Source: Infirmifilum sp. (GTDB taxonomy: Archaea > Thermoproteota > Thermoprotei > Thermofilales > Thermofilaceae). Taken from it: a stretch of 64,000 nt of DNA. Position numbers and translations under genes: made by a program. The DNA is taken from the NCBI GenBank assembly GCA_041287245.1, contig JBEULP010000071.1, positions 1-64,000 of the forward strand, written 5' to 3'. The notes beneath the pieces are model-generated. The model made no database searches and was not told the DNA's origin. It saw only the letters and a program-made list of their open reading frames with translations. Shown in pieces: positions 19,703 to 30,925 of this stretch. The first letter of the stretch is position 1, and each line of letters starts with the position of its first letter.

Positions 19703-19830
19703 TGTTTAGTATACCGTAATCAGAACTTATAAGTATGAGGCTGACGGGAAAGGTGAGTCACTCCTATCCAGCTCGCCCTGCTAGGTTAGCATTAAATATC
19801 GCCATAGGTATTTGGTTTAGTGGCTCTCCG

Positions 19831-22593
19831 ATGAATATTCGTAAAATACTAGTGATAGCCTTTGTCTTCCTATTTGTAAATAGTTATATTGCACAGCAAA
19901 CACCCTTCTCTTGGGCTAGCACTAGACTGAGCTTCGACGGCTTCGAGATTCTAAGCGTTGCCGTCAGCCCCTCAGGAAAATATATTGCCGTGATCTATGG
20001 CGATAAGGCATACTATACACGTACGCTTAAGGTTTATGATGCGAATCTGACATTGGTATACACGGCGCAACTTAACAGTTTTAGTGACGTAGCACTCATA
20101 TTTCTAAACGATACGGCATGTATTATTTCGGAGTATGTTTGGAACTCTCAGGTGCCATTCTCCTATATACGTTTGTTAAATATAGAGTCGGGTAGGCTTT
20201 TAACCTCTTCTAGAATCCCCGGCACCTATCTCAAGGACCTCAAGAAAGCCATAGTTGTTGGTAAAACCCTATACGTGCTCACACGCGGATACCTTTTAGG
20301 CTTTGATGCAAGTAACCTCACAAAGAGGACATACATTAAAGCTTTCATAAATCAAGGCTTACAAATCATCCCCGTCAGCGACGCACTCGTCGTGCTATCG
20401 ATAGAGACTAACTGCCACATTTGCCTTGAGATGAAGGAGAAGACTATTACTGTCCTAGACTCCCGTGGAGAGAGGTCCCTTACCCTGTGTCACGTTGTTG
20501 CACTGGTCGGACTCCCCAACGAGAGCATAGGAATTCTTTTTGACAACAACACGATTTCCAGGTATGTCCTTGTGAACGGCAACCTTGAAAGCAGGGGGAA
20601 TATCCAATCGCTCTTGGGCGGGGGTGCAGCCTCAGAGCCCCTCTACAAGCTAGTTTATTCGTTGGATATAAAAGGGGTGGATGTCAGCCTTCTCATCTAT
20701 AATGCGACCGGAAACAAGCTGAAACTTTACCACTTGCCCCTACCCTATACAAAGGGCGACCAAGTTGGTGTGAAAGTAGGCGATGACGGTTATTTTGTGG
20801 CGTGGAGTAATGACACGATTGTCATTGGAAGTCCTTCTGGATTTAACGGGACGATTAAGCTGGGAAAAAGAGTTCAAGATGTATTCTACGGAGGGGGCAG
20901 GGTTTTTGCTGTGTCTTCAGATGGGATTACTATCTTCGAGAGAAAAAACCTTGAAAATATCTTTACATTCACAGTGGATGTAGCGTCCGAAGACGGGTCA
21001 TACATTAATAATTACACCCTTATTTTAAACGGAGAGAGAAAAAACATTAATAACTCATCTATGACCCTGCTACTCCCTCAGGGAATCTACAACGTAACAA
21101 TAGATGCTCCTGGACACGTCCCCAGCTCTTTTACAGTTAACTTAACCAGTAATACGAGAAAAACCATACTACTGCAAAAGTTACGTTACCCCTTGATCGT
21201 TCATGCTTCAACAACGACTGGCGAGTCTCCCGAGATAATCGTCTATAGGACGAATATTCCAATTGTCCGCGGAGTGGGTGTTATAGAGGTAAATCTCCTT
21301 CCCGGGAATTATACCCTTGTGGTCTCTCAAGGAAACATTAGTCGAATGTTACAGGTATCCCTGTTTAACAGGACTGAAATCCATCTTCTTTTAAATACCT
21401 CATTGATTTCGCCCTCAATGAGCAATTCTTCAAGCAGCATAAAACCTTCTCAGCCTAACACCACCCAGTACGTCATAATATACGGAGAACAGACCTGTCC
21501 GGACTGCAGGCAAACAAAAGAAATCCTCCAGAACATGGTAGGCAATATCTATTTCAAGGATATCAGCAATCAGACCTATTTAAGTGAGTACAACCTCCTA
21601 TACCAGTTTTGTGGGGCTGGAAACTTGAGAGTTGTTCCTCTAACCCTAGTTTTTAGAGGCACTAACTTACAAGCAGTAGTTGCAGGCACACTACCCGTAG
21701 ATCAATGGCGTCAAATATTAAGTCTCAACGTTAACAACGGAACCCTTATCGTTACCGACACCGGAGAGCGGAGATATAGGAGAATAAATTCAACAAAGGT
21801 CTATGAGGTTGCCGTGACAGGCCTGAGGACGCCTGTTAGCACAACCGGGCACAAGGAAAACTTGGTGCCGCTCATACTGGCGCTGGCCGCAGCAGACTCT
21901 ATAAACCCATGTACATTTATGGTCTTCGCAGCCTTAATTATGGCGATAATGGGCTTTGCGGGTAGAAGGAAAGCAATTGAAGCCTCTATAGCCTTTATTG
22001 CCGCGGTCTTCGCCTCGTATATTATTCTAGGGTTGGGCCTAATTAGGTTTGCAGCCATCTTTGCGTGGCTCAAATACGTGATAGCCGCCGTTTCTCTCGT
22101 AGCCGGTCTTTACACGACCTCTACGGCGATCGTAAGTTATCAAGAAGGATGCCGCGAGGCCAAATCCTCAAGGGAAAATGCCAGCCCGACCCTTGGTAAA
22201 GCGTTGAATTACTACAGGAGAATAAAGGAAATAGTCGAGGAGAAAAGCCACACATTCCTCTCACAGGCTCAGAGGGGAAGTGTACTCGCATCTTTTCTGG
22301 GTGGAGTCCTAGTTAGTTTTACCCTTTTACCCTGTAGCGGTGGTCCATATCTAGTTGCCTCCTATATTCTTTCACAGGTTGATACATTTGAGGCGGCAAT
22401 CCTCCTTCTCCTCTACAACACAGTCTTCATATTGCCTCTTGTTCTCATAGCCACCGGCGTTATACTGGGCGGGAGGCTTCTCGTACTTGTTGACGTGGCT
22501 ACCGTACACCTTAACGCACTCCGCAGATGGACAGGGCTTCTACTCGGTCTCCTTCTCCTCGTTCTAGGTATTTACATATTGATTTACCGTTAA
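19831..22593 (+). CDS. Surface protein: beta-propeller-like head, Ig/PEGA-like repeats, glutaredoxin-like (CPDC) and CcdA/DsbD-like TM domain
   Basis: Signal peptide from ATG 19831; VAVSPSGKYIAV propeller motif; LPQGIY and LPGNY repeats; YGEQTCPDC...VVP; ADSINPCTF and LLPCSGGPY within six TM-like helices. Confidence 0.8.
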   Translation: MNIRKILVIAFVFLFVNSYIAQQTPFSWASTRLSFDGFEILSVAVSPSGKYIAVIYGDKAYYTRTLKVYDANLTLVYTAQLNSFSDVALIFLNDTACIISEYVWNSQVPFSYIRLLNIESGRLLTSSRIPGTYLKDLKKAIVVGKTLYVLTRGYLLGFDASNLTKRTYIKAFINQGLQIIPVSDALVVLSIETNCHICLEMKEKTITVLDSRGERSLTLCHVVALVGLPNESIGILFDNNTISRYVLVNGNLESRGNIQSLLGGGAASEPLYKLVYSLDIKGVDVSLLIYNATGNKLKLYHLPLPYTKGDQVGVKVGDDGYFVAWSNDTIVIGSPSGFNGTIKLGKRVQDVFYGGGRVFAVSSDGITIFERKNLENIFTFTVDVASEDGSYINNYTLILNGERKNINNSSMTLLLPQGIYNVTIDAPGHVPSSFTVNLTSNTRKTILLQKLRYPLIVHASTTTGESPEIIVYRTNIPIVRGVGVIEVNLLPGNYTLVVSQGNISRMLQVSLFNRTEIHLLLNTSLISPSMSNSSSSIKPSQPNTTQYVIIYGEQTCPDCRQTKEILQNMVGNIYFKDISNQTYLSEYNLLYQFCGAGNLRVVPLTLVFRGTNLQAVVAGTLPVDQWRQILSLNVNNGTLIVTDTGERRYRRINSTKVYEVAVTGLRTPVSTTGHKENLVPLILALAAADSINPCTFMVFAALIMAIMGFAGRRKAIEASIAFIAAVFASYIILGLGLIRFAAIFAWLKYVIAAVSLVAGLYTTSTAIVSYQEGCREAKSSRENASPTLGKALNYYRRIKEIVEEKSHTFLSQAQRGSVLASFLGGVLVSFTLLPCSGGPYLVASYILSQVDTFEAAILLLLYNTVFILPLVLIATGVILGGRLLVLVDVATVHLNALRRWTGLLLGLLLLVLGIYILIYR

Positions 22594-22762
22594 TGGCAGT
22601 CTCTTTCTTCTTTAGATCTATTCATATTTTCTCCGAAATGGGAAAAAGATCATTACACAAAGGCCAAGATTTTAACGTCTAAAATTCAAGTGTGAACCCA
22701 CCTATCTTTTAAGGCGAAAAATTTTAAGAATACGAGAGAGGATTGCGTTTAAAGCGATCTGC

Positions 22763-24061
22763 GTGAAAACAGAGGTCGAGCTAGGTTTTAAGAGGTGGCT
22801 TAGATCCTCGGAGACTCGAGCCTCGGCTACCATCGTCACTCCTTGCCGGGGGATTTGGATAATAAGAGCTAGGCTCCAAAGCGACGAGTACTTGTTTCCT
22901 GTTATGCCTTGTACATGTGACGAAAAGCACACTGTCAGGATAAATGGCGAGCCTTATTGCGAGGCAGAATATTGCAGCGGTTTTCTGAGAGAAATCCTAA
23001 GCTGTAACGCGATAACCGCAGAATCATTTATTGACCTTTCCGGATCTATATCTTACGACGGCGCCATTTCGGAAGACGCGACAAACCCGCATGTTCTTCT
23101 AACTATCAATGCACAGAAGTTTGTTCTGAAAGGTTATAGACTTCATACCTCTTGGAACCCTGAGCCTTTATTCCTCCGCTTCCTCTCAGGGTCGGGCCTT
23201 GTCCCTAAACTTGCCTTATCTTACTCGTTTAACGGAAGGCCCCTTGGAATATTGACTGAATACGTTCCGGGGGCGTTCGACCCTGGTGCTATTTTTTATA
23301 ATTCTCTTAAAGAAACGCTTAAAGGTGAAGATAACTTCCCACCTATTGAAGTCATTAATGGTATAGCTCGTACTATAGCAGAATTCCACAACTTGATGTT
23401 TACATGCCGTGAGGATTGGTGTTCCCCAGGGGTCGCATCGCGGAAGAACCTGGAAGAGTGGCGAGAAAGAACACTAACATACCTCACATTTCTTAGGAGG
23501 TTCACCTTTCCCGATAAAATAAAAATCGTCCTGGAGAGAAATACTGATTCGCTGTTTCAATACTTCAGCGGCACCAACATAATCGCTACGCACCAGGACC
23601 TTCATTTCTCTCAAATGCTTAGAAGCGGCGAGAATTTTTACATTGTCGACTTCGAGGGAGAGCCAGGTCGCCCTGAAAAATACCGGCGTACACTAGAGCC
23701 CGCAGTGCGAGATATGGCCACACTGCTACGGGGCCTAGCATACATAGCCTATTTCGGATTAGCCGAGGTGAATCACCTAGATAAAAATTCTACATACCTC
23801 TTCATTAAGGATGGGGGACCGCAGGTAAAACTAGCTCGAGAATGGACGAGTAATGTTAGCTTGAAACTGTTAGGTGAATATGCACGCCGCGTTAACAAGA
23901 GCCTACTCAGAAGCACTGGTGTGTCAAATATTCTCCAAGATATAGAGCCTTGGCTTTTCGAGAGAGCCCTCTATGAAGCTTTCTATGAGGCGCAATACCG
24001 CCCTGAGAATACTATTGTGGCACTTGCCACACTTGCACATGATATCCCACAACTTCTTTGA
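22763..24061 (+). CDS. Maltokinase-like phosphotransferase (APH fold)
   Basis: [37 protein letters not shown]. Confidence 0.8.
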   Translation: MKTEVELGFKRWLRSSETRASATIVTPCRGIWIIRARLQSDEYLFPVMPCTCDEKHTVRINGEPYCEAEYCSGFLREILSCNAITAESFIDLSGSISYDGAISEDATNPHVLLTINAQKFVLKGYRLHTSWNPEPLFLRFLSGSGLVPKLALSYSFNGRPLGILTEYVPGAFDPGAIFYNSLKETLKGEDNFPPIEVINGIARTIAEFHNLMFTCREDWCSPGVASRKNLEEWRERTLTYLTFLRRFTFPDKIKIVLERNTDSLFQYFSGTNIIATHQDLHFSQMLRSGENFYIVDFEGEPGRPEKYRRTLEPAVRDMATLLRGLAYIAYFGLAEVNHLDKNSTYLFIKDGGPQVKLAREWTSNVSLKLLGEYARRVNKSLLRSTGVSNILQDIEPWLFERALYEAFYEAQYRPENTIVALATLAHDIPQLL

Positions 24062-24155
24062 AGCCACGTCGCCTTTCAATTTATTCTTTTCCGATACTCT
24101 CGCGCGACATGGGAAAGTTTTTATCATAAAACCTTATTTTATAAAAATGAGAAAA

Positions 24156-24929
24156 ATGAGTCTTATTGAAAAAATAAAAACCGGCATTCCGGGTTTTGAT
24201 GAGCTCCTCTTCGGAGGAATACCTAAGAGAAACATCGTCTTATTATCTGGGGGTCCGGGGACTGGGAAGACCATATTTTCGCAACAATATCTATACTACG
24301 GACTCTCCGTGGGCGAAACGGGAGTTCTTGTAGCCCTCGAAGAGCATCCTGTACAGATACGCCGCAATATGGCGTCTTTTGGCTGGGATGTACGAAGATT
24401 CGAAGAAGATGGAAAGTTTGCAATCGTTGACGCTTTCACGGGGGGTGTGGGCGAAGCTGCTAAGAGGGAAAGATATGTTGTAAAAAGCGTCGACGATGTT
24501 GGTGAATTGATAGATGTTGTGCGGCAGGCTATCAAAGACGTTAAGGCGGAGAGGGTGGTTATTGATTCTGTGTCAACCCTTTATTTGACTAAGCCGGCTA
24601 TGGCGCGAGGGGTTCTCATGCAACTAAAAAGAGTTTTATCGGGGCTTGGCGCCACATCCCTCTTCGTTTCACAAGTTAGTGTGACGGAAAGGGGATTTGG
24701 AGGCCCTGGTGTAGAACACGCTGTAGATGGAATTGTAAGGCTCGACCTTGATGAGGTTGACGGAGAACTTGTGAGGTCGCTTTTAATATGGAAGATGAGG
24801 GGGACTAAGCATGACATGAGAAGGAGGCCTTTCGAGATTACCGATAAGGGAATAGTTGTTTATAGCAACAAAGTTGTTAAATTGAAAGGAGTTGTATATA
24901 GAGTTGAAGAGGGGGGTTCGTATGAGTAG
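24156..24929 (+). CDS. Single-domain KaiC-like ATPase
   Basis: [30 protein letters not shown]. Start ATG 24156 (or 24147). Confidence 0.92.
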   Translation: MSLIEKIKTGIPGFDELLFGGIPKRNIVLLSGGPGTGKTIFSQQYLYYGLSVGETGVLVALEEHPVQIRRNMASFGWDVRRFEEDGKFAIVDAFTGGVGEAAKRERYVVKSVDDVGELIDVVRQAIKDVKAERVVIDSVSTLYLTKPAMARGVLMQLKRVLSGLGATSLFVSQVSVTERGFGGPGVEHAVDGIVRLDLDEVDGELVRSLLIWKMRGTKHDMRRRPFEITDKGIVVYSNKVVKLKGVVYRVEEGGSYE

Positions 24930-25362
24930 TGAGGTCCCTTTAAAGCCTATAGGAAAAGAAGACATTAGAAAACTTGAACTCTCTCTGATTTTAGCAACAC
25001 TCTTAAGGGTAGATGTTATCGAGGTAATACGAAATGCCGAAGACAAGCTGACGTGGCTTGACTCGCTGGTGGTGGCAGCGGGGGCTCTTGCCCGTGAAAG
25101 GGCCGGGTATTCGATCGTGAAGATAGCTGACGAACTTGGAAGAACCGAGAACACAATTCGAAACCATTTAACCGGGAAGACCGAGGCTGGAAGACTCGTA
25201 AAAGAGGCCTACGAGAGACTTGTACAAAGCGGTGGTAAACTTGAGCTTCCCGGTTATACCCACACTAGTGAGGTTGAGGAGCTGAAAAAACGTGTTGAAG
25301 AGCTTGAAAAGAAGATTGAGGGTGTTAAAAAGACTCTAGGAGAGCTTTTACAGCAGTTATAA
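24922..25362 (+). CDS. KaiC-associated HTH transcriptional regulator (COG1318-like)
   Basis: [27 protein letters not shown]-terminal coiled coil; overlaps the KaiC stop. Confidence 0.82.
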   Translation: MSSEVPLKPIGKEDIRKLELSLILATLLRVDVIEVIRNAEDKLTWLDSLVVAAGALARERAGYSIVKIADELGRTENTIRNHLTGKTEAGRLVKEAYERLVQSGGKLELPGYTHTSEVEELKKRVEELEKKIEGVKKTLGELLQQL

Positions 25363-25370
25363 CGAGTGGT

Positions 25371-27011
25371 TTATTTTTTCGTCTGCATGCTGGTATATAC
25401 TTCTAAAAGCATTTCGGCTGATTTTTCCCATGTGAACAAGGTAGACACTCTGTCTATGGCGTTCTTCCTTATGATCTCACCGGCGTCGAGATACTCTTCA
25501 AGTAGAAGAACAAGGCGCGTATCGCCTATTCTACCAACATACTTATCGAGTCTACCTGTATTCGATGCTTCCATGAAGCCCAGCATATCACGCAGAGCAT
25601 CTGCCAGGTCATAGGGATTGTCTGGCTGAACGTGTAGCCCTGTACCCTTTATGCCGTGCTCATGGATATCTAGGACTGTCTCCTTTAAACCTCCTATTCG
25701 CGTTGCTACAACAGGACAGCCGGCTGCCATGGCCTCTATAGCCATTATGCCGAAGGGCTCCCACCGCGAGGGGGCAGCGAAAACATCGGCTGACAGGTGT
25801 GCAAGCTTATAGATTGAGGGGGCGGCGCCGAATACTACTCGAACATTATGAGGATATTCTCGCGAGAGCTCTATCAACATGTCGATATATCTTTCCCCGC
25901 CCCATACAGGAAGGACAAGGAAGAGTATACGCGTCTCTCCGAATTCTCTGAGCAGTATCTCTATTGATTCTGCTAAAGTGTCAAATCCTTTTTGTCTAGC
26001 TAGTCTGCCCGTTGTAATTATCAGGGGACCGTCGTGTAGGAAGGGCTCTATCTTTAAATTGTCTTTGAAGGGTGGCGCTACACGCTCAAGAATATATTTT
26101 TTCAGCTGGGGGTCAGGCACCTTTGGCTCATCCTCTGGAAGATTGTTCAGGGCGTTAAGCAATAGATATTTTCTTAGGGAGAGGCGGTTCAGGGATCCGC
26201 CAAAGGCTTCTCTTATTTTTAGACCGTGAAGCGCATCCACCTCTTTTAAGAGATCCGCATAGTTCCAGTCTGTACCGTTATATACGAAGGCACCTCGCTT
26301 TAAAACATCTTCACCCAAGCTTGCTCGAAGATCCTCCTGCAAATATGACCTGCTCACGGTCACCAGCCGATCGGCCTCCGCCAAGCCAAGTTTTTCTGCT
26401 ACTCCATCTACAGCTGTAAAGACTTCGCTAAGGGTAGTCCAATAACTCTTCCCATTCAGGTATATCCGGTGAACCCAATCTCTCTTCAACCCTGCCGCTT
26501 CTAATAGCTGAAAGTCTAGCTTTCGCCGAATAAGCAGATGCACATGGTATACTAAGAGAGGCTTGTCTTCATCCTTTCTCTGCTCCTTGGCTTTCAACAG
26601 CTGCAGTATTGAATGCCAGTCGTGGAAGTGCATGATGTCAGGATTATTGAGCCCGAGTTCCTCGGATAACGAGAGAAGCTGACCGAATGCTATAGAAAAG
26701 TCGACTATTTTCTCAATCAAGGTGTCTTCAGAGTATACACGGGGGTCGTCGAGTATTTTGCTGTGAATCCTTAAAAAAGTGACACCTTTATAGTTAATCT
26801 TCTCGAAAGTGTATCTCCTCTCATTTACGCCTGACTCGACGACTTCAGCTGTAGGCTCTAGCCTAGCTGTATGTGATGGCATGATTATTGTCGAAGAAAC
26901 ACCCCTTTTAACAAGAGAGAGCGAGAGATTTGTTGGTACCTCTGCGAGACCCCCAACCTTTGTAAAGGGAGCCGCCTCAAAAGTTATCATCCATACTCCA
27001 TTTAAAGCCAA
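25371..27011 (-). CDS. glgA: Glycogen/starch synthase (GT5)
   Basis: KVGGLAE, HFHDWH, GRLARQKG, PSRWEPFG. Confidence 0.92.
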   Translation of the reverse strand: MALNGVWMITFEAAPFTKVGGLAEVPTNLSLSLVKRGVSSTIIMPSHTARLEPTAEVVESGVNERRYTFEKINYKGVTFLRIHSKILDDPRVYSEDTLIEKIVDFSIAFGQLLSLSEELGLNNPDIMHFHDWHSILQLLKAKEQRKDEDKPLLVYHVHLLIRRKLDFQLLEAAGLKRDWVHRIYLNGKSYWTTLSEVFTAVDGVAEKLGLAEADRLVTVSRSYLQEDLRASLGEDVLKRGAFVYNGTDWNYADLLKEVDALHGLKIREAFGGSLNRLSLRKYLLLNALNNLPEDEPKVPDPQLKKYILERVAPPFKDNLKIEPFLHDGPLIITTGRLARQKGFDTLAESIEILLREFGETRILFLVLPVWGGERYIDMLIELSREYPHNVRVVFGAAPSIYKLAHLSADVFAAPSRWEPFGIMAIEAMAAGCPVVATRIGGLKETVLDIHEHGIKGTGLHVQPDNPYDLADALRDMLGFMEASNTGRLDKYVGRIGDTRLVLLLEEYLDAGEIIRKNAIDRVSTLFTWEKSAEMLLEVYTSMQTKK

Positions 27012-28930
27012 CGAACAACCACCTGGGTTTCAAAGAGTTCGCCTGGATTAAGAGTTAAATAATGATTAAACGCTATGCCAATTCCCTGAAGCTCGCGTTT
27101 AAGACCCTTTTCCGTTCTAGACACCGTTTCAATTGGTGCAACCCATACTTCGGCATGCTTCTGGTTCTCGATTATAACCTCGGGTCCACCCTTCGACTTT
27201 ACACGAATAGTCCTAGACCACGGACTCTCAAATCTTTCTGTAAAGCTTCTTTCGGAGAATTCATCCACTGTATACATTGGTAGGACATCCTCCTCATATG
27301 ATAATCTCGGCATGATAGACAGTTCAATAGAGACTCTAGGGTCGACGAAACGTTTCTCCATGTTCCTCCAAGTATACTTCACTTTCAACGTCTTACCCTC
27401 ATCCCAAACCTCAAACGTTTTCGTTAAATGTATTCTGGATGGCTGGGTTCGCACGCTCCAGTCACGCCCCATCGCAGACAAAACGACTTTGTTCTCACCG
27501 GCATACTCAACGAGATAGCCCTTGAGAGCCAGGTCGCTAACATCTACAAACGGCGTATTTTCAATCCAATCCTTTAGCCTTGTATCCCGCCGCCAGATAT
27601 GCTCTCTAAATGAGACCCTACGGTACCAGTCGGGGTTGTACTCTTTTACTCCTTCGAGGTATGATTCAGGATATCTTGACATTGTATTTATAAGGTTGTG
27701 CTCGAGCCCCTCCTCTTTCAAGTCAAGCTCGAACAGAGACCCGCCATCTCCGGGTTTTATATAGAAATTAGCCCTAGGAGCCTCCAATAGAATCTCGTTT
27801 TGTCCATCAAAGTCGAAGTCGCTTTCGCTTATCTTCAAGCCATCCATAAAATACAAGGCCTTGGTCTCAGCGAGCCTTTCAGCCCTTATCAGGTTTTCAT
27901 AGACTGCCTGCCTTAACACGGGTATGTAGGTGCCGCCGAAAAGTCCATGCCAATAAGCGTCGTTGCATTGTGCAAGGTAATAATTCGTCCAGGCTTCCTC
28001 CGGTGCATCAAGCCTCACAAGCTTCTCACGAACGTAGAGCATTTTTTTATGCATATTATTCGACTCACGATACTTTCTCAGAAAGTTGGGGAAATATCCG
28101 CCGCTCCACTCCACCATCTTGTCATAGCTCCACGGGCCAAGATAAGCCAGACCTGTATAGCCAAAACGGCGAAGATACTCACTGGGCGTTATAGTCTGTA
28201 CCTCACTACTCTCCCGTAGATATGTAAAGAAAATCCGAAGCCATGGTTCCGCGTTTTCCCTTGGCCACCACTCCCCGAATTTTTCAGCGTCACTCCCCCA
28301 TAAAACATACTTGTTTCCATTTGGGGTCGCGAAGCTCCTGATATACTCTAACACTTCTCCATGCGTCTTCCAGGGGAGTATATATCTAATCGTTGTATCG
28401 ATAAAGAGTACGCCTACCCGGCGACCCCCATATTCGGTAATGACGGCAGTGTGAGTATCATCCTTCCACAAGCCAGACTTGTAGCCCACCTCATCGTCTA
28501 GGATAACGTAGGAGTACCCTGTGTCTCTAATAGCTACAGGAAGGGTAGGATCCCACACTCTCTCGGCAAGCCAAAGGCCCTTAGGTGTAACCCCTAGTAG
28601 TTCCTCAACAAGCTTTCTGCCACGCTTAAGTTGTGCAAAACGATCCTCCTGAGGGAGGAGGGCTAGAACGCTCTCCGAAAATGTTCCTCCTATAACCTCA
28701 AACCGGCTATTCTGGACAATGTTTTTCAGCCTTTCAAGATAATCAGGATAGTACTCATGCCAGTAGCGGAGCAAAGGCCCGCTGAAGTGCAAGGTAAGGG
28801 GTAGCTCACGAAACTGTGAGAAGAGACTGAGAAGCATCTCGTATGAGTTTCGCTGAATACGGTCAAGGATGCTTTTCTTCTGCCCTACAGGTTGATGGAA
28901 ATGTAGGATAAAAATGAAGCTTGACTTCAC
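27002..28930 (-). CDS. GH57 4-alpha-glucanotransferase/alpha-amylase
   Basis: HFHQP, WLAERVW, DAEKFG, AQCNDAYWHGLFGG. Confidence 0.92.
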   Translation of the reverse strand: MKSSFIFILHFHQPVGQKKSILDRIQRNSYEMLLSLFSQFRELPLTLHFSGPLLRYWHEYYPDYLERLKNIVQNSRFEVIGGTFSESVLALLPQEDRFAQLKRGRKLVEELLGVTPKGLWLAERVWDPTLPVAIRDTGYSYVILDDEVGYKSGLWKDDTHTAVITEYGGRRVGVLFIDTTIRYILPWKTHGEVLEYIRSFATPNGNKYVLWGSDAEKFGEWWPRENAEPWLRIFFTYLRESSEVQTITPSEYLRRFGYTGLAYLGPWSYDKMVEWSGGYFPNFLRKYRESNNMHKKMLYVREKLVRLDAPEEAWTNYYLAQCNDAYWHGLFGGTYIPVLRQAVYENLIRAERLAETKALYFMDGLKISESDFDFDGQNEILLEAPRANFYIKPGDGGSLFELDLKEEGLEHNLINTMSRYPESYLEGVKEYNPDWYRRVSFREHIWRRDTRLKDWIENTPFVDVSDLALKGYLVEYAGENKVVLSAMGRDWSVRTQPSRIHLTKTFEVWDEGKTLKVKYTWRNMEKRFVDPRVSIELSIMPRLSYEEDVLPMYTVDEFSERSFTERFESPWSRTIRVKSKGGPEVIIENQKHAEVWVAPIETVSRTEKGLKRELQGIGIAFNHYLTLNPGELFETQVVVRWL

Positions 28931-29247
28931 ATTAACGCAAGGGTTGAAGGTTTATGATAAATATTTCCTCGAAAGCACGCGGAGAAGACCCGCTCCAGAG
29001 AAATATAACCTTGCGAAAAACCTCTTATGCTTCAGGCTTCTTGCTTTGCTCTACAGCCTTGTAGACGACTATAAGCCCTTTAAGCCTGTCCCTAACCCCC
29101 TTCCCATTAGCAGGGAGCTCCTAATGAAGACTATCCAAAGGCTCCAAGGTCAAGGTAGGCTCACTATGCCTCGAAAAATTAGAAAATCCCCAGGTAGATT
29201 TGGGCGAATAAACCACTTTGGCTAAAGATATTACAATGAGGAGGTAG

Positions 29248-29350
29248 AGCCCCGGCCGGGAGTTGAACCCGGGACCTTCGGCTTTCTCGAAGCCCCCTTT
29301 TCCTTTATGAATTACGAGGCCGACGCTCCACCAGTCTGAGCTACCGGGGC
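29248..29350 (-). tRNA. tRNA-Thr(CGT) with 29-nt canonical 37/38 intron (29284-29312); no encoded CCA
   Basis: Reverse complement folds as a cloverleaf; BHB motif CTCG/CGAG with TA^A and AA^A bulges. Confidence 0.95.
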
Positions 29351-29442
29351 TACACGTGTTAAGTATGTTTTTCGAGGTGTTTTAAACTTTACGAGCCCTT
29401 GAAAAAGGGACTGCTAAACAAAAAGGGAAGAAGTTGGGGCAG

Positions 29443-29535
29443 TGCCCCGGCCGGGATTTGAACCCGGGATCTACGGCTCGAGAGGCCGTTATCCTTTCAG
29501 CCTTGTGCAGGTTGACCGGGCTAGACGACCGGGGC
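29443..29535 (-). tRNA. tRNA-Glu(CTC) with ~17-nt D-loop intron (about 29496-29512); no encoded CCA
   Basis: Anticodon arm ACGGC-CTCTCGA-GCCGT. Removing ACCTGCACAAGGCTGAA restores the D-loop AGCCCGGTCAA. Confidence 0.92.
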
Positions 29536-29653
29536 TCCTTGGTAATGTGAACTGCATCTCTTTATTAATTTTTCCTGCGGGAACCTAGTCATTTTTATAA
29601 AGCTGGAGGGTAATGTTTACGCGTCAATATATGGCGTGTCTGGTGTCTAAGAT

Positions 29654-30925
29654 ATGTCTAAGATTAGAATGTTAGCGTTGTCCGACGTACACGGCAAAGA
29701 GGATATAGTTGATAGGTTTATCGAGTGGGTTAGAAGCGATAGTGTCTCATACGATGTTATTATAGCGGCAGGGGATATCGGAAACCCGCAGAGACCGGGG
29801 AGTATGTGTAGGATCCTTGGAAAAATCCAGAAGTTATTACAGAAACCCGTATACTACGTTAAGGGTAATTGGGACATCGAGGAGGATTGTAAAGCCCCAC
29901 AGCTTTTCAACCTGGACGCGACTGGCCCCGTCTACTTCAACGATATAGCTATTGTAGGCCATGGGAGACGCGCAGAACCTTTTAAACTTGAGAGACAGCC
30001 AAGAGTCATAGTCTTGGTAACCCATTATCCTCCGTTCAGCATTCTAGATAAGGGTAAGGTTATAGACAGTTATCATCACTCGCTACACGCAGGGGTAGTT
30101 GAGATAAACTATCTCATCGACTACTACCGGCCGCATGTACACATTTTTGGACACAGCCACAGTTTCGGCGGGTTAGAGGTTGAACATAATGGAACCATTT
30201 ACGTGAACGTTGCTAGGCTTGATCGGCTTTTAAAATCTGGAGAGCCCATTGGAAACTACGCAATAATTGATGTCTCCAGCTCAGGCGAGGTAAAGATTGA
30301 GTGGAGGTTTATAAACGGCGTCTGGAAAAAATGCTCCGGCTGCGGCAGGATTGTACACATACCTGAGAAATGGTCACTTTGTAGAAAGTGTGCTCACAAG
30401 GCAGACATAAAATTTGCAAAAGTTTCAGGAGTGCCGTACAGGGCTGTACTTATCTTCCGCGATGCGGTCACGGGCAATACGATCACCAGGAAGGAAATAC
30501 GAATCCCATTCTACACTCTGAAAGACAACGTTACTCTAGACGACTTTATAGACTTGATTGTCACCCGAGCTTTCAGGGAGTCATTTGCAGGTGATAAAAC
30601 AAGGATGCTCGAGATCCCGAAGGACAAGGTTATAGAGTTCTACGGCAACAAACGGGGTAATCCTCTGACACCTTTTAGCGAGTATCTCTTTTCCTGTGAC
30701 AATAGAATAGGAGAAGAAAGGCTATGTCTCTTAATGCGGGTTTTCTCTCAGGATAAAAGAGCCCATGTGTTTTGGAGAATAGAAGAATCCAGTCCTTCTT
30801 CCTTTATGATCGACGACGAGTTTATACTTTTCAAGGAGGGAGCAATAGTTCCCGAGTCCCATTTGATTAAACAATTATCAAGCATTGGTTTTAAGACAGT
30901 CTCCTACATGATAGAGGCGATATAA
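29654..30925 (+). CDS. Calcineurin-like metallophosphoesterase with Zn-ribbon and C-terminal extension
   Basis: SDVHG, AGDIG, KGNWD, THYPP, GHSH; then CSGC...CRKC. Confidence 0.85.
   Translation: MSKIRMLALSDVHGKEDIVDRFIEWVRSDSVSYDVIIAAGDIGNPQRPGSMCRILGKIQKLLQKPVYYVKGNWDIEEDCKAPQLFNLDATGPVYFNDIAIVGHGRRAEPFKLERQPRVIVLVTHYPPFSILDKGKVIDSYHHSLHAGVVEINYLIDYYRPHVHIFGHSHSFGGLEVEHNGTIYVNVARLDRLLKSGEPIGNYAIIDVSSSGEVKIEWRFINGVWKKCSGCGRIVHIPEKWSLCRKCAHKADIKFAKVSGVPYRAVLIFRDAVTGNTITRKEIRIPFYTLKDNVTLDDFIDLIVTRAFRESFAGDKTRMLEIPKDKVIEFYGNKRGNPLTPFSEYLFSCDNRIGEERLCLLMRVFSQDKRAHVFWRIEESSPSSFMIDDEFILFKEGAIVPESHLIKQLSSIGFKTVSYMIEAI

Noticed and set aside
28914..29225. 103-aa plus-strand ORF, and a minus-strand fragment (29025-29153) with an in-frame TAG
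   Set aside because: The plus ORF overlaps the GH57 start and promoter and has no motif. The minus fragment may be a gene remnant but is too short to identify.
29248..29654. Integrated element at the tRNA genes
   Set aside because: No integrase or duplicated tRNA 3' end; flanks are housekeeping genes. Similarity among tRNA ends is ordinary homology.
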